This document shows positions 10,605 to 21,296 of a stretch of 64,000 bases of DNA, one piece after another. Numbering within the stretch: the first letter of the stretch is position 1; every line of letters starts with the position of its first letter. A program made the position numbers and the translations under genes. This DNA is from Rhynchopus sp. YZ270_cl-10 (lineage: Eukaryota): positions 930,001 through 994,000 of the forward strand of contig OZ037841.1 in NCBI GenBank assembly GCA_964035575.1. The letters run 5' to 3'. Below the pieces are notes generated by a model. It did no database searches. It had not been told where the DNA came from and saw nothing but the letters and a program-made list of their open reading frames with translations.

Positions 10605-11543
10605 ATGTCGTCACGGATCGCTGTGCTAGCAACAATGGGGCTTGCGCTTGCAACGCCGGCACTGTCGCTGAGCGGGTTTGGGATGCAGTGCTCTGCGGCG
10701 TGTGGGTCGTGCTGCGTGCGTGGGGGTGCGGGGGACAACTGGCTGACGCCCGACGCAGACGGGTACTGTGTGGACGGGGCAGGGGCGCGGCAGTGCCGTC
10801 TGGGGAGCGGGCTGTGCCTGGGTGCGGACATGGCGGTGCCGGAATGTGCCAGTGTGCCGCTTGCGACAATTGCGATGGTGGAGCCGTTCCCGAACGACCC
10901 TGTAGGGAACACGTTCCTGCACGAGGGGATGGAGCTGTGGGACACGGGGCTGGACGCACGCTCATCGCTGCACGCACTGCCGCCGTACTACCTGAACGGG
11001 TGGACGGCACTTGTGCCACGTGAGAAGACAGTGTTGGGGGGGACTGAGGTGCGGTACACGTGCCCCGAGGGTCCTGCGGGGGCGTGCGACGCTGTGGTGT
11101 TCATGTACGAGTGCAGCCCGTGTGAGGCGAAGAAGGGTGACGTGCCTGCGACACTGGCAAAGGCCGGGTTTGAGCGGTCGAGCTGCGGCCCGCACTTCAA
11201 GACCGGGAAGGCACATGGACTGGGACACCACATGACGTCGTGGCGCAAGACTGTGCCTGCCGGGGAGACACTGAGCATCGAGGTGAAGGAGGACGCGGAG
11301 TGGGTTGTGTTTGCGCTGAGCCAGGGGTCGAGTCTTGTGTGCCCGATGCTTGAGGTGGACGAAGCCTGCGAGGACCCTGCGCTGCACGGGTTCTGCCAGT
11401 GGAAGCAGGGCACGTGCCACACGAATATGTGCAGGCTGTCGGCGGGGCCGTCCCTCGGGTGTGCGCCTGCGACGTGTGTGGGGAAGGACTTTGAGTCTGC
11501 CACTCCCGACATGGACGTGCCGATGATGACACCCGACAAGTGA
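10605..11543 (+). CDS. Secreted cysteine-rich protein of unknown function, 312 aa
   Basis: Signal-peptide-like N-terminus MSSRIAVLATMGLALATPALS, many Cys residues, strong GC3 codon bias. Confidence 0.85.
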   Translation: MSSRIAVLATMGLALATPALSLSGFGMQCSAACGSCCVRGGAGDNWLTPDADGYCVDGAGARQCRLGSGLCLGADMAVPECASVPLATIAMVEPFPNDPVGNTFLHEGMELWDTGLDARSSLHALPPYYLNGWTALVPREKTVLGGTEVRYTCPEGPAGACDAVVFMYECSPCEAKKGDVPATLAKAGFERSSCGPHFKTGKAHGLGHHMTSWRKTVPAGETLSIEVKEDAEWVVFALSQGSSLVCPMLEVDEACEDPALHGFCQWKQGTCHTNMCRLSAGPSLGCAPATCVGKDFESATPDMDVPMMTPDK

Positions 11544-13310
11544 TGCGGTGTGAGATCATGTGTGTGCATGTTGTCTTGTTCTTCTTACTCTGTTTTCAGC
11601 ATCTTTTTCGTCTTCTACATTTTACAGTTTGCTTTTTGCTTCACCACAGAATACGCTTTTGAGGCGTGTGCAAACGCTGTGCTGCCAGAGCACGCTATTT
11701 GCAGGTGAACCTGAACCTGGATATGACTATTGCCATTGTTATTATTGCTTTTTGTTGTTGTTTGCATATCCTGCTGTTTTTTTTTTTTTACTCTTTTCTC
11801 TTCATTCAGTTTTATTTTCATTTTACCTTTGCACGTCTCTTGGAGAAGGGGACAACTGCACAAGGAATGTTTCGACCTCTTCCTGTGCAGGCAAATCATA
11901 CCTTCAGTTTCGCTTCAGCTTTCGAGTAGCTGTTTTTGCAAACTGATTCCACGTTTTCCCATGAACCGGCCAGTCACGAGGCCTTCGGGAAGTGACTGGA
12001 CGCATGAAAAGTACAAAACAAAGCACCCTTTCCTTTTCCTCAGTTCCCCATTCGCTGTTCTCTGTCACCGCAAGGAGAGGATGAAACAACAGGATCGGTA
12101 CTATCTGACGGCCTTGTGTCGGTTGAATACGAACACCTAACTCGCAAGCTTTCACAACTGCTGATTCACGTTGCTTTGCCCCGAGACGACGTTACGAGGT
12201 CAGTGATGATAAACATTCACACACAAATCACTCCAATCGTATTGGGCAGTCTTTTTGGCTGTCTCTGCCGATGCTTCAACATGCACCACCATCTGAGTTC
12301 CGAAACATGCAACCAGGCAACAACGCATTGCGAGAAGCAAATCACCGGTCATCCACATTTCTGTGATGCACAGCTCCACGCTGGATGTTTATCGCAAAGC
12401 AACGCACACAGGCCTGCCTGCTGCGTCACACATATTCTACGCCGCTCACTATACCCTTTACTTTGGGTTACAACCTTCGCGAGTCTTAACGACTACAGTT
12501 ATATTACCACATTCTTGTTGATCTGGGGTAGCATGCTGGTCTGGGGGAGTTGTTTTGGATAGGGGAAGGGAAGACGTTGGGGTGTTCATATCTATCCTGA
12601 CTGGGAATGCATTTGCCTGGTTCCTTGGTTACTTTTGTGGTGTTCTTCTGAGGCTATCCTCACAAGACATTTCCTCATGATGTGCACAGCGGAGGAGTTC
12701 GGAATGATGCGATGTTGGGAACGAGGCTTGAACGGTAGGTAGGTAGGGGGCAGGGTGGGAAGGGTTGTGTGCACAGGAGGGGAGGTTGGTGCTGCGAGGG
12801 GAGACCACGGTGTGAAGTGGTCAAGTGACGTTGATGCATGCTATGCAATGCGCAGTGCGTGCAGTCCGTCGTGTGGGGTGGTGATGCCTAGTGAGGGAAA
12901 ATTCTTGCGCAGAATATGGCCCGTAACGTGGAGTGTGGGGGGGGTGGGGAGAGAGGTAGGGGGGGTTGATGCTATGGGGAGGACCACGGTGTGAAGTATT
13001 TCCACATCTTTCCGTTTATCGTGGGGAGCGTACTGTGCATGCTTGTTGTTGCGTTGATGTGGGAAACATGCAATGGGTTTTGCCGACTGATTATGAACTC
13101 CCTCCGTTATCTCACGGTCCGGACCACTCACATCCCACCCTTTGCACCAAGCTAGTATATTTCAACTACTAGTTTACAGCAGTTGCTCCGCGATAAACGA
13201 ATGTGATCAAGGTGACTAAGCACACAAGACTTAGATTCATCTTATAAACTTTTCTTCCAGAGGTTGGGTATATCTTGGAGTTAATTTTTCTTTTCAAAAA
13301 AAGAAACACA

Positions 13311-14003
13311 ATGATCAGAGGAGGCTGCCGCGTCGTGTTCCAGAACCCCCAATGGGGTCGCTGTGTCAACGCAGCTGTCAAGAAGATCATTAACGAGGTC
13401 ACTGTACCTGAGAAGCAGTTTTCCGAGAGCGCAAGAGAAATCTCTTCCACCTTGAACAAGGACATTCTTGGAAAGTTTGCGACTTTGGAGCATGACGACT
13501 CTGTTGGACGGTGTCTGGTTGCGTCTGAATTTATCCCGAAGCACACTGTTGTGCTTCCATTCGATGGTGTTGTGGTGCCTAAGCCAAACACATGGACGAT
13601 TCAAATTTCGAAAGACCACCATCTTCTGTCGGTCGGAGGGTCGCAGTTGGTGGAGCATTCGTGCACGCCTAACATGCAGCTTCTGTTCGATTATAACAAC
13701 GCAAAGATGTATCAGGGGAGTGACGTGAAGCTTCCGGTGATCTACTTCTGTTCTGTGCGTGACATTGAGGCAGGGGAGAAGCTTGCGTTTGACTACAACA
13801 GCTCGGAGTGGGTGATCTCGTCGCCGTTCTTCGACGCAGGGTCGCAGAAGGATATTGAGGGGTTCAGCAAGGTGGAGGACCCAGAGTACCGTCTTCGTCT
13901 TCTCCCGTACATCACACCGCCGATCAGGGAGCTCTGCGAGGAAAACGGGCTGCTCGGGGAAGCAGAACTGCAGGTCGCAGGGATCTTTGCAAAGACCATG
14001 TAG
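13311..14003 (+). CDS. Small SET-domain protein (putative lysine methyltransferase), ~230 aa
   Basis: Motifs GRCLVASEFIPK, LVEHSCTPN (NHSCxPN equivalent) and RDIEAGEKLAFDY. First in-frame ATG is at 13311. Confidence 0.88.
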   Translation: MIRGGCRVVFQNPQWGRCVNAAVKKIINEVTVPEKQFSESAREISSTLNKDILGKFATLEHDDSVGRCLVASEFIPKHTVVLPFDGVVVPKPNTWTIQISKDHHLLSVGGSQLVEHSCTPNMQLLFDYNNAKMYQGSDVKLPVIYFCSVRDIEAGEKLAFDYNSSEWVISSPFFDAGSQKDIEGFSKVEDPEYRLRLLPYITPPIRELCEENGLLGEAELQVAGIFAKTM

Positions 14004-14090
14004 AGAGAGAGGTGAACAATGGTGTAGGAAAAATGAAAAAAGAAGAAAAGAGCCTCCTGAGGTTGGCTGTGCTCAAAAAAAAGACAAAAA

Positions 14091-14140
14091 AAGTATAGTG
14101 GAGCACACTCTAGGGTGGCTACACTAATACAACCAAGTTT
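14091..14140 (+). repeat. Sense-strand hairpin element, family E (representative copy)
   Basis: Consensus GTATAGTG..CATCCTCGGGTGTCTACACTAATACAAC..TTTT. Other copies at ~9112-9158, 22168-22217, 44234-44286, 50384-50412, 52207-52252, 59550-59600. All on +. Confidence 0.75.
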
Positions 14141-14420
14141 TCAAAAAAAAAATAACTCGAAAATATTTCAAAAAAAAAGAGAGAAAAAAAATGATTGTTA
14201 GAAAAGCGGAGCTGCTTGTTGCACCCAAAGGTGAGAGCACAGCTACGCTATTTAATAACGTTCAACAGAGAAAAAAAACGGAAAGTGGAGATTGCACAAC
14301 TGTGTCAACACAACCGAGGCAACTGCACTACTCCAAACAATTTATCAAACAAAAAAACAAAAAGAACAAAACAAAAAATGTATCGTAACGAAGGCAGTTC
14401 TGTTCAAGGCCTGCACCACT

Positions 14421-14590
14421 CACGGTGACCATACTCCGCAAACCATGTACCCCAGGTACCATGCTAAATAACATGCTATTCTGCACATTACTTTGAAATA
14501 CATCATATGTCATGCTTTTTTGCATATTGTTTACATACATTTCATGCAACAAGCATGTTACCATGGGTTTACATGGTCACATGGTCACCG
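14421..14590. mobile_element. MITE family with CACGGTGACCAT ends and CATGCTAAATAACATGC internal repeats
   Basis: CGGTGACCAT ... ATGGTCACCG inverted ends. Related copies at ~16339-16415, ~22340-22400 and ~43941-44113, in either orientation. Confidence 0.65.
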
Positions 14591-17052
14591 ACCTCCCACC
14601 GTCCCTTCTTCCCTCCCCTCCCTCCCCTCCCCTCCCCTTTTAGTGGCCTTCCAAGCTTTTTTTCTCATAGTCGATGCTGTTGTGTGTAACCCTTTAATCC
14701 CCCCCCTCCCAAGAATTCGATTTTTTCAAGTTGTTGTTGCTTTTTTAATATAAATCTACCTTTTTTCTCTCTATTTGGTTAGCACAGAACCAGCTGGGTA
14801 GTATTCCGCACTGAGCTACCCACATAACCTTTTTTCAAAAAAAACAAAAAAAAAAAACGCTGTTTTTTTGTGCAAAACAGCGAGAGAGAACATCCATCAA
14901 AATCAGGGGAAATATTTATCATCTTATCAGAGGGGTGCGTATGTGGGTTGTGAGGTGGGGAGAAAGAAATAAGGTGAGTATTCGTGACGGACATCAGGAG
15001 ATGAAAAAAAATGGGGTGAAAAAAAGAGGCAGTTAAAGTGTCGAATATACATAGTCGTCAAGACAAAAAAAAGCAGTTTTTTTTGAGGGGAAAAAAAAAT
15101 ATGAGAAAAAGGGGGTGTTTTGGTGTATGTTGTGGGCCTATCGGATTTGGTGTGACTATTTTTTTATGTGCTCCCCTCATGAAGCTTTCCCCCCGATGTC
15201 ATATTTGCCTTCTTTCCCTCCCCATTTTTCCCAAGAAATACAAAGAAAGTACTTTGCTATTTGGAGTATGACATCCCCCCCCCTTTTAGTGGAAAAAAAA
15301 ATGAGTATAAATCACTCTTGCGTGTCCCCCTTCCTAAAACTGGGAACAGACGTGGTCAGGGATACATGCCAGTTTTTAATATAACCAAACGTGGTGAACG
15401 AGGTATTAGAATCGACGGAAGGTGTGTTGTCTGCAAATTTGTCTTTTTTCCAGTATTTAGTGCTCCTTGACGACCCAATATTGCGTACTTCTTGCGCACT
15501 TAGTGTGTAGTTGGCGGGGGTTTTTTTGGATTTCTGGGGTACCAGTATTTGTAGTTTTTTTTTTTACCACTCGCACAAACTGAACGAAAAAAAAACGCAA
15601 CAATTTTTGCAGAGCAATCCACGAAAAAAAGGTGTTCGCAAAAGGGTTCTTAGGTTCATCTCATAATTTCCCTTCGTTGCTTCTGCGTCAGCTTTGGCTA
15701 GGCGTTTTGCACTCTCAACTTCACTTTCTTGTTTCACAAAGCAACACTCCGCAGGGTTCGATAACCCGCGGAGTGTCAGTGCCTGCGTCCGCCGAGGCGT
15801 TTGCACTCTCATTTTATTTTATGCTGTATGTGCGCAAGCGACACATTCACAAACGCGTTCTCTCCATTATTTTATTTTATTTTTGCTTTCCCCCCCACTG
15901 TGTGTTCCACGCATCACAGCCCCCTTCCCTTCCCTCTATATGTGTGCACCAAAGTGCAGTAAAAAGTAACGTTTTTTTTCTTGAAAATGTAGTATAATTA
16001 CTTCCCCAGGTGTGCACAAACAAGAGCACAAAAGCAAAAATTACAAAAGAAAAAAAAAAATACTTCACAACAAACAGTGGCATGCACACCGCGAGACGCC
16101 CATTCATCATTGGACCCCATTGTAGTTCAAGGTGACTAAGCACTGAGGCTTAGAATCATCTTACACAACCTTTTTCTCTGTCTTTTATTTATTTATTTTG
16201 TTTTGAATATTTTTTTTCTGCGTTTTCGCGCATGTTTTGTTTTTGTCGAATTATATTCGCACTTCCCTTGTGTCATCCGGATGGCTGGCACCGTACGGGT
16301 TCCTTCCCCACCACCCCCCCCTACGCACATCAAATAGTGCACAGTGATCATATTAGCCCCAGGTAACATGCTAAATAACTTGCTATTTGCATGTTACTTT
16401 GAAAATGCATGTTTTACAAAGACAAATTAAAAAAGGTCAGGTTTTTTGGGCAAGTTTAAAGGAGAAGAAGGAGAAAAAAAAGACGTTAACTGAAAGAGCC
16501 GACACAACTTCGTGAGGGAGGTGGGCTGGGACAACAAAAAAAAAAGCACATAAAGCAACAACAGAAGCAAGCTTATCTCGGAGAAAATAAATTTTTTTTT
16601 TCTCTCTCCCACGAAAAATCGTTCCCTCCACACATTTTTTCCCCCCAACTTTTTTTACCCCATTCCACCCTCATTCCCCCCTCTTTTATGCAGGGTAGTG
16701 TACGTTATGGCATTGACCCTTTTGCTTCACCCCTCTTTGTCAAATCAGACAACCTTTCTAGATGAGTGTGCATGAGTGCATCCCCGAAAGTATCACATTT
16801 TTCATCTATTAAGATTTTTCTTCTTCTTTTAGTACTCTCTGGGTGGACTCTTTAAAAGGCCCTCCCTCCCCCCATCCCCTCCCACCATCCATGACTTGGC
16901 GCCTTCAAAGGTCCAAAAGAAAAACTCCACTTTTTCCCCTCACTTTTATTTGGAACAGAGTGTTCTCAAACAGAGGGTAAAAAGTTGGTCAATTTTTTTC
17001 CGACTCAGATTCTTTTTTTTGTGGTGGTAACTGTGTGTTACATTTTTCATAA

Positions 17053-17147
17053 CAATGAAGTGCTCTCTAGGGGTTCGATAACCCGTGGAGAACCATGTGC
17101 CCTGCGTCACGCTGATGAACGGTGAGGCGTTTTGCACGTTCAACTTC
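17053..17147 (+). repeat. Sense-strand hairpin element, family C (representative copy)
   Basis: Consensus CAATGAAGTGCTCTCTGGGGTTCGATAACCCGCGGAG..GTGCCTGCGTCCGCCGATGAACGGTGAGGCGTTTGCACTTTCAACTTC + T-tract. Other copies at ~2382-2500, 2551-2630, 9903-9972, 15683-15722, 15744-15812, 21572-21596, 21981-22075, 43410-43452, 43530-43560, 45651-45708, 50214-50275, 51401-51448, 53893-53935, 59281-59360, 63394-63415. All on +. Confidence 0.85.
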
Positions 17148-17893
17148 TCTTTTTAGATCAAAAAAAGGTGATAAAAGGTGATGATCCTAAGCACGGCTTA
17201 GGATCATCTTATAAACCTTACTTTTATTTTTTTGTTCAGATGGTGCTCTTAGGGTCGTCTGAAGTATTGTGGTTTTTATTATTTGCCTTTATTGGATGTA
17301 TCTGGTAGAGAACATCCTGTTTACTTCCTCTTCTTTGACTGGAAAGGAGATGAAGGTAATGTATTGGGGTGAAGAAGAACTGCAGGCTGCCATCCTGTGC
17401 TGGTAGCGGCTGTGTGTCAGTGATATTTCAGGTGTGGGTTATCTCGAGCATTTGAAATATAACCACATAGACCATGGGTCTGTGTACATCATTCCGTGCT
17501 GTGAAAAGCAATGAAGTGTTATGTGCAGGGGGGAGGGACGCATTTAGCTTTACAAAAAAAAATCTGTTTTTTGTCCTTTCTTCCAACGATCATGGATGTC
17601 CAAAGTACTTGAAGTATATCAAGTACTTGATCCCCCAAAAAATCCAATACTTGATACTTCAAGTACTTGACACCCTATTTTTTTTTCTAGTACTTTTTTA
17701 CTTGTTCTCCCTCTGTCAAGTACTTTTTTCACAAAAAAAACGTCAAGTACTTGATCAAGTACAAAAAAAAAGTGGGTACTTGATCAAGTACTTGACGTTT
17801 TTTTGCGAAAACAAGTACTTGACAGACTCTGCCAGAGGGTAAAAAAGTAAAAAAGTACGAGAAAAAAAAATACACCACGCTGGATGATAGGGG

Positions 17894-18293
17894 TCACATG
17901 ATATAATCACATGATATTTCACATGATATAATTATATCATGTGACATGATATAATTATATCATGTGAAATATCATGTGGTATATCATGTGGTATATCATG
18001 TGGTATATCATGTGAAATATCATGTGGTATATCATGTGGCATATCATGTGGTATATCATGTGACATGATATAATTATATCATGTGAAATATCATGTGGTA
18101 TATCATGTGGTATATCATGTGGTATATCATGTGGTATATCATGTGGTATATCATGTGAACCGGAAAATATATCATGTGAAATATCATGTGGCATATCATG
18201 TGACCTATCATGTGACCTAAGTAGCACATGATAGACTTCCCGGTTCACATGATATACCACATGATATTTCACATGATATACACATGATCATGT
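17894..18293. repeat. Subterminal tandem array (ATATCATGTGGT-like 12-mers, some inverted)
   Basis: About 30 degenerate ATCATGTG/CACATGAT units at the left end of the nested element. Confidence 0.9.
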
Positions 18294-20680
18294 GGGCCCA
18301 CAAGTTACACACGAAAAAATTCGTGAGCTCAGTTAGTTGTCAAAGACGTCTTCCACCATGCACTGAGGAGATAATGATCCAACAATTTACAAGAAAGATT
18401 ACTTAACCTACTGCTGGAAATTGCCAGGTCGTAGTAACACACAAAGTGTGCCTCCGTTCGGGAAGACCGGATATTCTAGAGACCAGAAAGGCCTCAAGAA
18501 TATCTTCCGGTAGTCAAGGTATAACCGAGTGAACGGCCCAAGACCCCCGTGGAGAAGTTAAATGTTGTAATGCTATCAAGTAGAAACTGCGAACACTGTC
18601 TTACCCTCCTCAATACATGGTGGAATATGTCTTTCACAACAAACCGAGCTCAAGAATTTTTAAACTTCCCTGAGGGAATGCGACACTACGCAAAATTTAC
18701 CACCAGACCCTGTCTTCGTACACCTTCGGTGCAACACTGCAGACAGGCCAAACTGCGTTGGACTCAGAGGAATTCCTGCTGCAGGTATCAATGAGAACCA
18801 AGTCCCAGCAACAAGGGGCGCCTTTTGGCGGGCGTTGTTGAGGGTGTTTGGGGTGCAAAGTTTTCCACAATTTTGATGCGCGGGTACAGAAGTGTTATCT
18901 TGTTCTTTCATCTCTAGGAATGTAAATGTCAATCGCGTTTAACTACCACTAGGGCTTGTTCAGTGAACCCACGAGGGGTCGAAGGGGGTTGGTTATCCCA
19001 TATCTATCAAAGGTTGTGTCGACCAGGCGAATCCACTATGTTACGCTGTATGATGATAAATCCGAAGAAATAACAGTGCATAGCAACTGCAGGAAGTTTA
19101 TTAAAAAGAGTGCCTCACGCTACACAAACCACCACCCGCGATTGACTTAGATGTTATAACAAAGAGAATTCAGAACAAAACAACACCCTGCCCCATACAC
19201 ACTAAATTGTCATGCTTCAAGAGCATGCCTGGGCCAAAATTACTGTGACAAAAAAGGCAACAAGACCACCCACAAGGAGTGTGAAATGTGCACTGGTTTT
19301 CTGGGGGAACGCAATATTTTCTTGTGCCTCGTCCTCCGGAAGCAGAGGACAGACTTTCCGGAAGGTTTCCAAAGTCGAATTTCTTGCACCAGCTATGCTC
19401 CCTGGTTAATGGCTATAGCAGTGACTGACAAAAGGTACCCACCCGGCCCTTCCACCCCCAGAATTTCGTCCGCAATCCGTAGAATTGATACGGGTGCACG
19501 CGCGTGAGTTGTTGAATGTCGGACACGCGCCGAACCTTCTCATCGCAATCGTTGATACAGTCCAGATTTCACGATCCTGTGATGAGTGTAAATGTGGGGT
19601 GTGATTAAGTTATGGTCGCTTGGAAAAGAAGTTAATTGATGACTCCCCTGAATTTGAGGATGTAAAAAGACAGGGATGCAAAAGGTAGTGTAAAACCCCC
19701 ATGTTTAGTGAAAATTGTATTTTTTGTGGGGGAGATGAAACCATACCTTGTCTGCACTGATTCGACCGATGCGCCTCTGGTTCTAAAAGTTGTTTTACAA
19801 ACATGTCAATGCGAGGTTTTCTTTGGATTTTTTTGGGTAATTTTATGACCTACCAACGTCGTACCAAAGTCAAATTTCTTGCACTAGCTATGCTCCCCGG
19901 GCCAATGGCAATAGCAGTGACTGACAAAGTATTCCCACCCTATCCCCCTATGAAGTGACTATGAAGTGAATTATTCAGCACTGAAGGCTGTGATAAGCCT
20001 TGTGTGCGTACAACAGATGGCAAGCCGTTCAGGTTCAATAACAGCGTCGCTGAAAAAAGCCTTTGCAGACTACGTCAACGTCGCCAGCCAGAAAGAGGCT
20101 GATGAGAAGAAGCTGACCCTGTACAGCATCCGCCGCAACTGCAAGGGAGTGCTCGCCACGTGGCTTTGTGGACTGAGGCTGCGCAGGTACCCCCTCCGCC
20201 AAGGTCAAGGGCCAGGCGTATGCGAGGCTACAACGGATCGCAGAAAAGGTCGGGAGTCTGGATAAGCTCGACGTTGCCGAGCTTTAAGGCGCCACCGAAG
20301 CCCCAGACAATCACGGTAAGCCCAGCGGGCTTACCGTAGTTGTCGTGGTGGTTGCTTGCGATGTCCGTCAAAAGGGACATCGCAAGCAACCACTCACCTG
20401 CTGTCGAGTACGACAGGACGAATACGTTACATACTCAGTGCACAAGACGTTGGTGGAGGAAGGGAGCCAACATGAAAGAAGAGAGAGAGAGAGTTCAAGT
20501 GCAATTTTTTTTTTTTTTTAAAGCCAAGATGACCACGCCTATTGCTAAAGTGGGTTCCCAATTCCGCCCCCCCTGCCCCTGCCCCCTCCCCTTCCAGTTC
20601 GTATTTTTGTTTAGTTGGTACGCTACATACGTCACACGCAACAAAAAGAAAGTAGAGACTGCACAACTTGGTAAAAGCAA

Positions 20681-20717
<37 letters not shown>

Positions 20718-20870
20718 GGTGTGCAAAACCGCGTTTTAGACCCCCACAGATGCTCAAAAGTGCCACATTTTGCTTTTAATGGCCTCAAATCGTCCAAATT
20801 AGGCCTATATAGGGCAAAAAAAAAAAAATCGAGAGTCCCTTTCCCTGGGAGGAGATAGCCACCGAGGGCA

Positions 20871-21296
20871 TCACATGATATTCGACATGATATAATTATA
20901 TCATGTGACATGATATTTCACATGATATAATTATATCATGTGAAATATCATGTCACATGATATTTCACATGATATATTTCCTGGTTCACATGATAGGTGA
21001 CATGATAGGCCACATGATAGTTCACATGATATATTTACCGGTTCACATGATACTTTACATGATATATTTACCGGTTCACATGATAGGTGACATGATAGGC
21101 CACATGATAGTTCACATGATATATTTACCGGTTCACATGATACTTTACATGATATATTTACAGGTTCACATGATACTTGACATGATATATTTACCGGTTC
21201 ACATGATAGGTCACATGATAGGATTTACCGGTTCATATGATAGGTGACATGATATGTCCACATGATAAATTCTATCATGTGACCTATCATGTGAAC
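20871..21296. repeat. Subterminal tandem array (CACATGATA units interspersed with ACCGGTT)
   Basis: Mirror array at the right end of the nested element. Confidence 0.9.

Noticed and set aside
11930..13000. ORFs 11730-12140, 12116-12562 and 12755-12994
   Set aside because: No codon bias, domain or splice-consistent structure. Probably decayed or inverted sequence.
14091..14140. Hairpin families as H/ACA-like or C/D snoRNAs
   Set aside because: ACA/ATA follows some stems, but there is no pseudouridylation pocket, no euglenozoan AGA box and no C/D boxes. Copies are numerous and truncated.
17053..17147. Family C as a tRNA or SECIS element
   Set aside because: No cloverleaf or anticodon arm. 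The ATGA..AA..GA spacing does not fit SECIS, and no in-frame TGA selenoprotein ORF is nearby.
17894..18293. CRISPR-like array, or the ORF 17955-18272 (HDIP repeats) and ORF 20957-21247
   Set aside because: These are 12-bp tandem units without unique spacers, mirrored at both ends of a TIR element. They are subterminal transposon repeats and the ORFs are artefacts.
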